Part shown: positions 19,960 through 29,926 of the stretch, piece after piece
Position numbering within the stretch: the stretch's first letter is position 1
Layout of the letters: each line of letters starts with the position of its first letter
Source: Emticicia sp.
Lineage (GTDB): Bacteria; Bacteroidota; Bacteroidia; Cytophagales; Spirosomataceae
Reading direction: 5' to 3'
NCBI GenBank assembly: GCA_031378715.1
Contig: JANNEN010000183.1
Coordinates: 1-60,418, forward strand
DNA: 60,418 nucleotides
Notes under the pieces: model-generated
Told to the model about the DNA's origin: nothing
What the model saw: only the letters and a program-made list of their open reading frames with translations
Database searches by the model: none
Position numbers and translations under genes: made by a program

Positions 19960-20865
19960 CTACTTTTTCGGTAAAGCCTTACTTTTATCAATAATAGTTT
20001 CCATCGAACTTACGGCCGACATTCCAAAAAAACCAATTGCTTTCTTAGTAGATTTTTCATTCCGATTAAAAATATTTGTTGGTAAATTAGACAGTGGTGT
20101 AGCAAACAAACTACCCGCTTGTGAAGTATTTTGAATAATTTGTAAGTAATAAAACTGCTCCAAAGTAATCGAATAAATATCAACTTTAAGGGTGTCTTTA
20201 TCTGAAAAAAGTTCTCTGCCCGCAACCGAGCCACGAATCGGGAGAATAAAGAGCAGTCCATCAGTTTTTGAGCCAGGGTTAAAACCTGCATCATAAGCAA
20301 CCGTAATATTGCTGGCTTTTGAAAAATATTTACCGTTTTTTGCTCCTTTTATCCAATAACAATCACCTTCGCCCGTAAAATCTCGGGCATAAAATTGTGG
20401 CTGAAAACCCTCCTGAGGGCCATTTTCGGGCTTGACGGGGAACGTATCAACTTCATAGTTTATCGAATCAATTTTCGGCACACGGTTAAGTTTTGAAGCA
20501 GAAAGATAATCTTCACCGCCATAATTGATGTAAAGCACATATTCCTTACCGATTTTATCCAAAGGTTTGTTTTTGGCGTCGTAAGTATAGACACCAGTAT
20601 TTTTTAAATCCTTAAACTGAAATGCAACGCTATCTTGGTCAAAAACTACTACGGTTGCTCCCAAAGCGGGTTTTAGTAGCGAATTATCAAAATAAGCCTG
20701 CGTTAATGTCAGTTTTATGGTTTGGATTTCTTTCTTATTATTTACCAAAGCATCAACCGATAGCTGTGAAACGCCATCTTTGACATCAATTTCTACTACG
20801 TCCATGCAAGAAAACAGAGAAGTTGAAATAAAAAGTATTATAAGTATCGAAAGTATATTTTTCAT
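19960..20865 (-). CDS. DUF4249-family lipoprotein (TonB receptor partner)
   Basis: Lipobox LFSC, VPKIDSI, LFATPLSNLPTNI..AIGFF; ATG at 20865. Confidence 0.8.
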   Translation of the reverse strand: MKNILSILIILFISTSLFSCMDVVEIDVKDGVSQLSVDALVNNKKEIQTIKLTLTQAYFDNSLLKPALGATVVVFDQDSVAFQFKDLKNTGVYTYDAKNKPLDKIGKEYVLYINYGGEDYLSASKLNRVPKIDSINYEVDTFPVKPENGPQEGFQPQFYARDFTGEGDCYWIKGAKNGKYFSKASNITVAYDAGFNPGSKTDGLLFILPIRGSVAGRELFSDKDTLKVDIYSITLEQFYYLQIIQNTSQAGSLFATPLSNLPTNIFNRNEKSTKKAIGFFGMSAVSSMETIIDKSKALPKK

Positions 20866-20913
20866 TTTGTTTGATTGTTTATTTTTAATTTGCTCAGATA
20901 CCATTTCAATAAA

Positions 20914-20982
20914 TAAGGTGACCGAGCGAAGTCGAATAAGGTGACCGAGCGAAGTCAAGTAAGGTGACCGAGCGAAGTCGAG
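20914..20982. repeat. 23 bp tandem repeat x3 (REP-like unit)
   Basis: TAAGGTGACCGAGCGAAGTC(G/A)A(A/G) at 20914, 20937 and 20960 with no spacers. Confidence 0.92.
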
Positions 20983-20983
20983 G

Positions 20984-23341
20984 TCAAAACTTAAAATTAT
21001 ATGTCACCGCAGGAATTATCGAACCAAAAACAGCATACTGCACCGCCTCAGTTTTGGTAGCGTCTTTTTCGTTTTGCTGTACATAAACCGAAAACGGATT
21101 ACGTCGGTTATAAACGTTATACACCGAAAAAACCCATTCGCCAGTGCCACGCTTGAAAAAACCGTATTTGGTTTGTCGAGTTGCCGCCAAATCAAGGCGA
21201 TGTGAGTCAGGGATTCGATAAGCGTTACGGGTATCGTTATAGTCATGCGGGAGGGCAAAACCCTGCCAAACAAACTTATTAGTCGGAAAACTCGCAGGTG
21301 TACCCGTACTGTAGGTAAAGTTAGTTGAAAACGTCCAGCGTTTGTTCAAATCATAAATTCCAACAACAGCCAAGTTATGGGTTTTGTCGATTCGGCTCGG
21401 AAACCAAGCATTTTGATTCAAACCTGCCACTTTTCGTTCGGTTCGAGAAAGTGTATAACTCACCCAACCGTTAAACTTACCCTTGGCTTTTTTTACATAA
21501 AATTCGGCTCCGTAAGCACGCCCTTCACCCGTTAGTAAGTCAGCTTCTACGGCAGGATTTAAAAGCAAGTTTGCATTTCGCACATAATCAATTTGGCTAT
21601 GAAGTTTCTTGTAATAAAGCTCGACCGAAGTTTCAAACATATTATCACTAAAATTATGAAAATACCCCAAAGCTACTTGGTCAGCAAGTTGGGGTTTGAT
21701 ATTATTACTGCTCGGGGTCCAAACATCGAGCGGGGAGGAGGCCGTTGTATTAGAAAGCAAATGAATGTATTGAGCCAAACGATTATAACTTAATTTTATC
21801 GAATTATCTTGCCCAAGACCAAAATTTGCAGCAAAACGGGGTTCTAAATTTCCAAATTGCTGAATAGATTTTCCAGTAGGGTATGATGTCGTTTTTGTAA
21901 TCATTCGGCTATCAGCATCATTTTTCAGTGGACTCAACTCAAATGCCTTGCCTTTTCCCAAATAATTATAGAGCGAATATCGCAAACCGTATTGGAGCGA
22001 AATTTTTGGGCTAAGTTTTTGTTCATTGCCAACATAAAGAGCATTTTCGGTGGCAAACTTATCATCTAAACCAATTAATCTTTCGACACCTCCCGAAATC
22101 GCAACTGCCTGCCCAGGATTAAAAGAATAGTAGGTCAGTTGCCCACCAAAAGTTACGGTATTGTTAGTGTTTGGGTAATAAGTAAAGTCAGGCTTGATGC
22201 TGTACGTGATGATATTTGATTTCCAACGAAAAGCATCTTGATTATTAGCTTTCTTCAAATCCGTCTGCAATGCGTAGTCGTAATTACTATAAAAAATGGT
22301 ATTATTCAAGAAAAGTTTATTGTTGAAAATGTGATTCCAACGAAAACTCGTGGTGGCATTTCCCCAGTTAAAGCCAAAATCTGCCCCAAATTTATCCCTT
22401 CCAAAATATCCCGAAAGGAAAACGGTGTTTTTTTCATTTACCCGCAAATTTGCTTTTGCCGTAAAATCATAAAAATAAAAAGTTGTTCCTTTCAAATCAT
22501 CTTTCAAGAAAGGTTTGGCCAACACATCAATATACGAACGGCGAAGGGCAACGATGAACGAACCTTTGTCCTTAAAAACGGGTCGTTCGTAAGTAAATCT
22601 TGAAAAAATACTACCAATTCCGCCCGAAAACTGCGGCTTTTTTGCATTACCTTCTTTCATACGCACATCAAGAATCGACGAAACCCGCCCACCGTACTGC
22701 GATGGAATACCGCCTTTAATGAGCTTTACATCTTTCACAGCATCGGGATTGAAAACTGAAAAAAATCCAAAAAGGTGCGATGAATTATAAACGGGTGCTT
22801 CATCGAGCAGTACCAGATTTTGGTCAATGCCACCACCACGAACATTAAAGCCCGAAGCACCCTCACCAACCGAAGATACGCCTGGTAAAAACTGAATACT
22901 CTTGATAATATCTACCTCACCGAGCAAAGCGGGCATTTTTTGCATCGTTTTTATATCAACTTTATTAACTGACATCTCCAAACTTTTTACGTTATCATCA
23001 GCTTTTTTGGTCGTAACTATTACTTCCTGCAAAAGTTTTGAGTCGTCTTTCAACTCAATATTTAATTTAATATCTTGGTTCAGTGCAATTTTTCGGCTTA
23101 CTCTTTCGTAACCAACGTACGAAACAACCAAGTTATAATCAGCCTTTGGAAGTGTCAATGAATAGAACCCATAGAGGTTGGTCTGCGTACCCGATTTTAT
23201 TTCTTGAACATAAACCGACACGCCGATCAGCCCTTCGCCGTTGGTAGCATCTTTTAGGTAGCCACTAATCGTATATTTCTCTTGGGCGGAAACATTCCAT
23301 GTGAAAAATACACTAAAAAATAGCAATAATAGTTTTTTCAT
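20984..23341 (-). CDS. TonB-dependent receptor
   Basis: Signal peptide, carboxypeptidase-regulatory-like N-domain, plug (LPGV..NVRGG..DQNL), C-terminal YNFKF. Confidence 0.92.
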   Translation of the reverse strand: MKKLLLLFFSVFFTWNVSAQEKYTISGYLKDATNGEGLIGVSVYVQEIKSGTQTNLYGFYSLTLPKADYNLVVSYVGYERVSRKIALNQDIKLNIELKDDSKLLQEVIVTTKKADDNVKSLEMSVNKVDIKTMQKMPALLGEVDIIKSIQFLPGVSSVGEGASGFNVRGGGIDQNLVLLDEAPVYNSSHLFGFFSVFNPDAVKDVKLIKGGIPSQYGGRVSSILDVRMKEGNAKKPQFSGGIGSIFSRFTYERPVFKDKGSFIVALRRSYIDVLAKPFLKDDLKGTTFYFYDFTAKANLRVNEKNTVFLSGYFGRDKFGADFGFNWGNATTSFRWNHIFNNKLFLNNTIFYSNYDYALQTDLKKANNQDAFRWKSNIITYSIKPDFTYYPNTNNTVTFGGQLTYYSFNPGQAVAISGGVERLIGLDDKFATENALYVGNEQKLSPKISLQYGLRYSLYNYLGKGKAFELSPLKNDADSRMITKTTSYPTGKSIQQFGNLEPRFAANFGLGQDNSIKLSYNRLAQYIHLLSNTTASSPLDVWTPSSNNIKPQLADQVALGYFHNFSDNMFETSVELYYKKLHSQIDYVRNANLLLNPAVEADLLTGEGRAYGAEFYVKKAKGKFNGWVSYTLSRTERKVAGLNQNAWFPSRIDKTHNLAVVGIYDLNKRWTFSTNFTYSTGTPASFPTNKFVWQGFALPHDYNDTRNAYRIPDSHRLDLAATRQTKYGFFKRGTGEWVFSVYNVYNRRNPFSVYVQQNEKDATKTEAVQYAVFGSIIPAVTYNFKF

Positions 23342-23499
23342 AAATTGGATTTTTTTAAGTAATAAATTTGTCTAAAAGTAACCTCTAAGACAGTTAAGAA
23401 TATTATTTTACTTTGAAATTGTGAAGAATGGTAAGTATTTATTGTAAACGGCTCAGTAATGGCATTTTAATAAAATTGATACAAAACTAAGTTTGTATT

Positions 23500-23570
23500 C
23501 AAAGGTACTAACGTAAAGAAGCAAAGGAAAGTTTTGTTTAATGAAACGGAAAAATTCTATGATGAAAGGG
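23500..23570 (-). promoter_or_regulatory. Putative -7 element plus 21 bp-spaced direct repeats upstream of the TonB receptor
   Basis: Minus-strand TACCTTTG at 23500-23507; plus-strand AATGAAACGG (23540) and GATGAAAGGG (23561). Confidence 0.45.
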
Positions 23571-23692
23571 ATAAAACTTGGAGTAGATGCAAGAAATACT
23601 TGAAGAGAATAAAAATAATAGAGAATATTTTAAGAAATTGCCGAAAATTAGTAGCAAACACAATCTTGAATCGAAAACCAAGTGATAGCCCG

Positions 23693-25354
23693 ATGAGAAA
23701 ATTAGTGATTACTTTACTGTTAAATCTGACAATAAGTCAATTAAAAGCCCAAACCCTCGAAAAACTTCAAACCGAATACCAAATAAATCCCACGGGACAG
23801 ACAATAGCAAACCCCCGATTATCTTGGCAAATGAAAGCCGTAACTCGTGGTGCAAAACAGACGGCTTACCAAATTCTGGTAGCTGACAGCGAAGCCGAAC
23901 TCAAAAAAGACAACGGCAATATTTGGAGTTCGGGCATGATAAAAACCGAACAATCAATAAAAATTAGCTACGCAGGAAAGCCACTCGAATCTCGGAAGCG
24001 GTATTTTTGGAAAGTAAAAATCTGGAACGAAAAAAATAAACCAACGCCATACAGCGAACCGAGTTTTTGGGAAATGGCTTTGCTCAAAAAAGAAGATTGG
24101 TCGGCACATTGGATTACAAAAAATAACACCGAAGGCAAAGCCATTGAGCTACAAAAAGAGTTTAATTTGGCCAAACGTGCCACCCGTGCAAGAATTTACG
24201 TCACGGGAAAAGGAGCATATCACTTGATGTTTAATGGTAAAAAAGTAGGTCAGGATATGCTCACGCCAGGTTTTGCGAATGAAAACCAAGAAACTGGTTA
24301 CCAGATTTATGAAATCCCGAACGATGATTTGAGCATCGGTACAAACTTTATTACGGCAACCCTCGGTAATGCTTGGCAAAAACAAAATCAACTTTGCCAG
24401 TTATTATTTCAAATTGAAATGGAGTTTTATGATGGCACACGGCAAACCGTCATTTCGGACGGAAGCTGGAAAACCCGCCTTTCGCCCATCGTCACCAATG
24501 CAATTAATGGTGGAGAAACCTATGATGGTCGCCTTGAATATGGCAAAGATTGGGAAAATGCCACCATCACAGAAAACACAAGAGAACTTGTGCCGCGGAT
24601 AGTTCCACAAATGCAGGTTTTGACAGAAATTCGTGCAATTAAAATCACCGAACCAAGAAAAGGCCGCTACGTTTTTGATTTTGGACAAAACCTCGTTGGC
24701 TTTGCGGCCTTACAAACCGAAGGCAAAGCCGCCAAAGAAGTCGAACTAAAATTTGCCGAAAACTTGACCGAAAAAGATTTAGTCGAAACCAAAAATCTTA
24801 CACAAACAGATAAATATATCTTGAAGGGTTACGGAATTGAAAAATGGGAACCAAAATTTAGCCTGCACGGCTTCCGATACGTGGAGGTAGAAGGGTTATC
24901 TAAAAAACCCGATGATAATACTTTGGTGGCAAGGGTAATTTTTGAAAACACCCCATTTATAGAAAACTTGGTAAATTCGGAGTCTTTTTTATCAAAAATT
25001 TACACAAAAAAGGTATTAGTCGAACCAAATTTTAATGAGTCAAAATTAATCATTGAGACGGTATTTTCTACCGAAACGAAAACTTACGAGTCAAACTACG
25101 GACAAATTACAAGTCAGTCGAATGTACAGGGGAATAAATATACGTTGAAATTGTCTGTTCCTGCCAACCAGTCTGTACAAGTTCAGCTACCTTTGCAGGC
25201 GGGCAAAACAATCAATAATACAAAGGAAAGCGGCAAGGCATTTATTGTCAAGAAAAAACCAGTAAAAATAGACGGAGTTACCTACATAAAAACCGAAAAA
25301 GATAAGGCAATTTTTGAGGTTTTAAGTGGAAGCTATGAATTTGTAGTCGAATAA
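23693..25354 (+). CDS. GH78 alpha-L-rhamnosidase-like protein lacking the catalytic six-hairpin domain
   Basis: PRLSW..QTAYQI..YFWKVKIW, FDFGQNLVG, HGFRYVEV, then directly the C-terminal YESNYGQITS..VPANQS; no PTDCPQRDERxGW motif. Confidence 0.8.
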   Translation: MRKLVITLLLNLTISQLKAQTLEKLQTEYQINPTGQTIANPRLSWQMKAVTRGAKQTAYQILVADSEAELKKDNGNIWSSGMIKTEQSIKISYAGKPLESRKRYFWKVKIWNEKNKPTPYSEPSFWEMALLKKEDWSAHWITKNNTEGKAIELQKEFNLAKRATRARIYVTGKGAYHLMFNGKKVGQDMLTPGFANENQETGYQIYEIPNDDLSIGTNFITATLGNAWQKQNQLCQLLFQIEMEFYDGTRQTVISDGSWKTRLSPIVTNAINGGETYDGRLEYGKDWENATITENTRELVPRIVPQMQVLTEIRAIKITEPRKGRYVFDFGQNLVGFAALQTEGKAAKEVELKFAENLTEKDLVETKNLTQTDKYILKGYGIEKWEPKFSLHGFRYVEVEGLSKKPDDNTLVARVIFENTPFIENLVNSESFLSKIYTKKVLVEPNFNESKLIIETVFSTETKTYESNYGQITSQSNVQGNKYTLKLSVPANQSVQVQLPLQAGKTINNTKESGKAFIVKKKPVKIDGVTYIKTEKDKAIFEVLSGSYEFVVE

Positions 25355-25392
25355 AAAACCTACCCAAAGCACGGGGTAAAACCGTACATACA

Positions 25393-26844
25393 ATGATACT
25401 AAGCGAAATACTTTACAAAATATCTCTTCAAACAGTAGCTGGAAAGACCGATATTGACATCACTGACATAGTTTTTGATTCCCGAAAGATTCAAAAGGGT
25501 TGTCTTTTTGTAGCAATCAGCGGCACGCAAGTTGATGGGCATAGCTTCATTTCAACGGCTATCGCACAAGGAGCTTCGGCAATTTTGTGTGAACAACTGC
25601 CCGAAACGTTAAACGAAGAAATAACCTATCTGAAAGTCGAAAACTCGGCACGGGCAATGGGTTTTGCGGCGGCAAATTTTTATCAACACCCGTCTAAAAA
25701 ACTAAAACTAATCGGTGTAACGGGTACGAACGGAAAAACCTCCATCGTAACATTACTATTCAGACTTTTCCGACGGTTGGGCTATCGCTGTGGTTTGCTT
25801 TCAACGGTACAAAACCAAATCGATGATGATATTATTCCATCAACCCACACCACACCTGACTCCGTAAAGGTCAATGAATTGTTGGCCGATATGGTACGAA
25901 AGGGCGTGAGTTATTGTTTTATGGAGGTAAGTTCGCACGCAGTCGTGCAAGAACGCATCACGGGGTTGCATTTCAAAGGCGGAATATTTACGAATCTAAC
26001 CCACGATCACCTTGATTTTCACGGAACGGTCGATAATTACATAAAAGCCAAAAAAGGGTTTTTCGATCAATTACCCGCTTCGGCATTTGCCCTCGTTAAT
26101 ACCGACGATAAAGTGGGCAAAATTATGCTTCAAAACACCGCCGCTCGAAAAGAAACCTATTCCCTCAAAAATATCGGCACGTTTAAAGGAAAAGTGCTGG
26201 CGTGCGGACTTCTCGGCTTGCAAATGGAGGTTGATAACAAGGAGGTATGGTTCAAACTCATCGGTTCGTTTAATGCTTATAATTTACTCGGGGTTTACGG
26301 AGCGGCCATGCTTTTGGGTGAAGATTCGGACGAGGTGCTAACGCAACTATCTGACGTTCAGCCACCTGCGGGACGGTTCGAGCAAGTGGTTTCGAGAAAC
26401 AATATCGTAGGAATCATTGATTATGCTCACACACCCGATGCCCTCAAAAACGTTTTGGAAACGATTGGTGATTTGCGAGAAGGGAATCAACGAATTATTA
26501 CCGTTGTGGGTTGTGGCGGAAATCGTGATACAACAAAACGCCCGATTATGGCCGAAATTGCTTGTAAATTAAGCGATAAAGTGATTTTAACCTCCGATAA
26601 TCCTCGAAATGAAGACCCCGCAGAAATTTTGGAACAAATGCAAAAAGGAGTTCCAGCAATTCATTTCAAGAAAGCCCAAACCATCGAAGACCGCCACGAA
26701 GCAATTTTGGCAGCAGTAAATATGGCAAAACCCGAAGATATTATTTTGGTTGCAGGAAAAGGGCATGAAACCTACCAAGAAATCAAGGGCGTAAAACACC
26801 ATTTTGATGACAAAGAAGTTTTGAGAGAGGCTTTTGGGAAATGA
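25393..26844 (+). CDS. murE: UDP-MurNAc-tripeptide synthetase MurE
   Basis: GVTGTNGKT, HTTPD, MEVSSH, TNLTHDHLDFH, DYAHTPD, SDNPR (DAP type), AGKGHE. Confidence 0.97.
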   Translation: MILSEILYKISLQTVAGKTDIDITDIVFDSRKIQKGCLFVAISGTQVDGHSFISTAIAQGASAILCEQLPETLNEEITYLKVENSARAMGFAAANFYQHPSKKLKLIGVTGTNGKTSIVTLLFRLFRRLGYRCGLLSTVQNQIDDDIIPSTHTTPDSVKVNELLADMVRKGVSYCFMEVSSHAVVQERITGLHFKGGIFTNLTHDHLDFHGTVDNYIKAKKGFFDQLPASAFALVNTDDKVGKIMLQNTAARKETYSLKNIGTFKGKVLACGLLGLQMEVDNKEVWFKLIGSFNAYNLLGVYGAAMLLGEDSDEVLTQLSDVQPPAGRFEQVVSRNNIVGIIDYAHTPDALKNVLETIGDLREGNQRIITVVGCGGNRDTTKRPIMAEIACKLSDKVILTSDNPRNEDPAEILEQMQKGVPAIHFKKAQTIEDRHEAILAAVNMAKPEDIILVAGKGHETYQEIKGVKHHFDDKEVLREAFGK

Positions 26845-26923
26845 TAAAGGATTTGAAGTTTTTTCAAAAGTCAATTCAAGACAAATTTTAATAATAACGA
26901 ATTTCATCAACAAAAAAACTACA

Positions 26924-28024
26924 ATGGAAGCAGAAAACAAGAAAATCCCACTCAGTGATTTACACGAAAAAATTGGTGGAAAGATGGTGCCTTTTGGCGG
27001 CTTTATGATGCCTGTGCGTTACTCATCTGACAACGAAGAGCACAACTGCGTTCGAATTGCTGTGGGCGTATTTGATGTGTCGCACATGGGCGAGTTTGTG
27101 GTTAGGGGTGAGCGAGCAACCGAGTTTTTACAACACATTGTTTCAAATGATGTATCGGCTCTTTTTGATGGAAAAATACAATATACCTATTTTCCAAATA
27201 ATGATGGCGGCGTAGTAGATGATTTGTTGGTTTATCGTTGGAGCGAAAGCGAATATTACTTAGTAGTCAATGCCTCGAATATCGAAAAAGATTGGAACTG
27301 GGTAAATCAAAATAATACCTTTGGCGTTGAACTCGAAAATATTTCTGACCAACTTTGTTTGTTTGCCGTGCAGGGACCGAAGGCTCTATCAACGCTTCAA
27401 AAACTGACCGATATTGATTTAATTTCGATGGATTATTATACTTTCAAGGCAGGAACTTTGGCAGGAATCGACGACGTAATTATATCGGCAACGGGCTATA
27501 CGGGTGCGGGCGGATTTGAAATTTATGTTTGGAACAAAGATGCCGAGCAAATGTGGAATGCTATTTTTGAAGCAGGAGCGGAGTTCGACATCAAGCCGAT
27601 AGGCCTTGGTGCGAGAGATACCCTACGTATGGAAATGGGCTATTGCCTCTACGGACACGAACTCAATGATACCGATTCGCCCTTGGAAGCAGGTTTGGGC
27701 TGGGTAACGAAATTTACCAAAAACTTCATCAACTCCGACAATCTGAAAGCCCAAAAAGAAGCGGGTTTACAGCGTAAATTAGTCGGAATCGAAATGATTG
27801 ACCGAGGTATTCCCCGCAGTCACTATGAAATATGCGATGCCGAAGGAAATAAAATAGGAGAAGTTACCTCTGGTACTCAATCGCCAACGCTACAAAAAGG
27901 AATTGCAATGGGACACGTACCAACGGAGTTCGCCAAAGTCGGAACGGAAGTATTTATCAAGATAAGAGAGAAACTGGTAAAGGGCGTAGTTGCTAAAATG
28001 CCATTTGTGAAGGCGGGCGTTTAA
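26924..28024 (+). CDS. gcvT: Glycine cleavage system aminomethyltransferase T
   Basis: FDVSHMGE, VVNASN, AVQGP, TGYTG, GLGARDTLRME, VTSGT. Confidence 0.97.
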   Translation: MEAENKKIPLSDLHEKIGGKMVPFGGFMMPVRYSSDNEEHNCVRIAVGVFDVSHMGEFVVRGERATEFLQHIVSNDVSALFDGKIQYTYFPNNDGGVVDDLLVYRWSESEYYLVVNASNIEKDWNWVNQNNTFGVELENISDQLCLFAVQGPKALSTLQKLTDIDLISMDYYTFKAGTLAGIDDVIISATGYTGAGGFEIYVWNKDAEQMWNAIFEAGAEFDIKPIGLGARDTLRMEMGYCLYGHELNDTDSPLEAGLGWVTKFTKNFINSDNLKAQKEAGLQRKLVGIEMIDRGIPRSHYEICDAEGNKIGEVTSGTQSPTLQKGIAMGHVPTEFAKVGTEVFIKIREKLVKGVVAKMPFVKAGV

Positions 28025-28107
28025 ACATTCAGCAGAAATCTTAAAGAAATTTTATTTTTAGAGAATATTTGTAAAAACTTTTTAAATTTGATAAAATTTA
28101 GCAAAAA

Positions 28108-28725
28108 ATGGTTGTAACAAAATCACGGCAGATAGTTAGAAAAGTAGCTCCAAAAATACCCGATTACTTGATTCGTGAAGTAATAGATGGAAAACCTATC
28201 TACTATAAAGGGTATAAAGATGTGTTGGCCGAAACAAAAACTTTTGCAGAAATTATGGGTTCGAGTACACTTCAATCGTTTATTATTGCCTATTTACAAA
28301 GGCTTTTATATAAGTTCTTAGATGATGAAACGCACACTATTTTATCAAGCGAAACAGGAATCCATCTAAATAAATACAATAATTTGGCGGCCGATATTCT
28401 TATTTTTGAAAATAGCGTTTTGCCCATTGAAGCGATTGACGAACACTATGCAACCGTTCCGCCCAAAATAGCAATCGAAGTTGATATTGCAGCCGAAGCT
28501 CCTGATTTAGACATTGACAGTTATATTTTTAACAAAACGCAAAAACTATTGAATTTTGGCGTAGAAAAAGTAATTTGGATAACAACTAAATCAAAAAAAG
28601 TAACGGTAGCTACAAAAAACGAAGATTGGCAAGTAAAAGATTGGAACAAAGATATTGAAGTTTTTGACGGAATAATCTTCAATATCGGAGAATATTTACG
28701 TAAAAAAGGCTCACTTTTTGCATAG
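28108..28725 (+). CDS. Uma2-like PD-(D/E)xK endonuclease-fold protein
   Basis: AADI..PKIAIEVD..K..LLNFGVEKVIWI pattern. Confidence 0.75.
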   Translation: MVVTKSRQIVRKVAPKIPDYLIREVIDGKPIYYKGYKDVLAETKTFAEIMGSSTLQSFIIAYLQRLLYKFLDDETHTILSSETGIHLNKYNNLAADILIFENSVLPIEAIDEHYATVPPKIAIEVDIAAEAPDLDIDSYIFNKTQKLLNFGVEKVIWITTKSKKVTVATKNEDWQVKDWNKDIEVFDGIIFNIGEYLRKKGSLFA

Positions 28726-28743
28726 AAACAATCTACATCTATT

Positions 28744-28778
28744 AGCCCTTCCTAATATTTTTGGAGGGGCTTTTTTTT
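28744..28778 (+). terminator. Intrinsic terminator
   Basis: AGCCCTTCC..GGAGGGGCT ending in a T8 run. Confidence 0.75.
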
Positions 28779-28825
28779 GAAAACGCACAAGAAAATCTGC
28801 TAATCACTAAAAATTCAGAAACACC

Positions 28826-29728
28826 ATGTTCCATCTATTCCTAAGTATAGTCTTTTCGGTAATGTTACTGACAAACTTCCGACTTTATCCAAAATTCGGC
28901 ATTAGCACCTTCCAAGCAATAGCGTTCAACTATCCGATTTGCTTCCTGACTGGACTTGCCTTGATGCCGAAAGGACAAAGTTTTGAGTTAAATTTTGCGG
29001 AAAACTGGACTTTCTACGCCTTGTTTCTGGGCGTTGGTTTTATCATAACGTTCTTATTATCAGGCTTTTCTACCCAACGAATGGGCATGACGGCAACTTC
29101 ACTCGCCAATAATATTTCGCTCGTTATTCCTGTACTTTGTAGTTTATTGATTTTCAAAACCCAAAGCCGCCCTTTTGATGGGCTAAACTATTTAGGGTTG
29201 GTCTTGGCAATCGGAGCCGTTGGGCTAAGTACTTTCAAAAAAAGCAATGAAAAAACGGCGGGCAAAGGCTTGGATTTTCTTTTACCAGTGGCGGTTTTTC
29301 TGATGTACGGCATTACGAATACCTCACTTAACTACCTCAATATCAACTACATAAAGTCAGCTGACCGCACCGTACCCGTTACGTTGGTGATGATTTTTGG
29401 GGCAATTTTAGCAGGAATGACTATTTTGATTATTCAAGTGATTCGTGGAAAAGAAAAAATTGCGGTAAAAAACATCTTGGCAAGCGTAACCCTTGGTGTG
29501 CCTAATTTTCTGTCGTTTTATTTCTTGATTTTAGCCCTTACCGCCTACGGCAATAGCGGTGCTTTTGTGTATCCGCTTTATAATATTGGCGTTATTTTGA
29601 TGTCGGCGTTGGTGGCTTTTGTGTTCTTCAAAGAAAAATTAAGTACGCTCAATAAAGTCGGACTTTTACTGGCAATTTTGGCCATCGGTTTGATTTCTTG
29701 GCAGGATATTCAGGGCTTATTTTTGTAG
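28826..29728 (+). CDS. DMT/EamA-family transporter
   Basis: About 10 hydrophobic helices in two repeats, FFKEKLS motif. Confidence 0.8.
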   Translation: MFHLFLSIVFSVMLLTNFRLYPKFGISTFQAIAFNYPICFLTGLALMPKGQSFELNFAENWTFYALFLGVGFIITFLLSGFSTQRMGMTATSLANNISLVIPVLCSLLIFKTQSRPFDGLNYLGLVLAIGAVGLSTFKKSNEKTAGKGLDFLLPVAVFLMYGITNTSLNYLNINYIKSADRTVPVTLVMIFGAILAGMTILIIQVIRGKEKIAVKNILASVTLGVPNFLSFYFLILALTAYGNSGAFVYPLYNIGVILMSALVAFVFFKEKLSTLNKVGLLLAILAIGLISWQDIQGLFL

Positions 29729-29783
29729 TACAATTTTCCAAATTGTTTCTGTCTGTGAACAATTTGGAAAATTGTACTACAAA
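29722..29783. repeat. Inverted GTAG-type REP doublet (REPIN), family B
   Basis: 26 bp perfect arms TTTGTAGTACAATTTTCCAAATTGTT with a 10 bp spacer; each arm has GTAG plus an internal hairpin. Confidence 0.85.
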
Positions 29784-29926
29784 TTTAGTACCTTTGAAGC
29801 CCGTTGAGAATATTCTTAATATTTATAATGTCGATTGTGGCATAAAAGCCATCGACTATTTTTCACAGTTCTCGCAAGAGAATCACTGTTTATTGTGTCA
29901 AAACAATAACCGTTTACCGAATCATT

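Noticed and set aside
20914-20982. Possible mini CRISPR array
   Set aside because: Units are contiguous with no unique spacers, and no cas genes are present.
23293-23308. parS-like CATTCCATGTGAAAAA in the TonB receptor signal peptide
   Set aside because: Four mismatches, including the core.
23534-23692. N-terminal ORF extension of the GH78-like gene (likewise extensions at 12572, 18010, 20958, 26834, 32530, 38013, 41238, 46047, 53940)
   Set aside because: They run through promoters or repeats; downstream ATGs give proper signal peptides or family N-termini.
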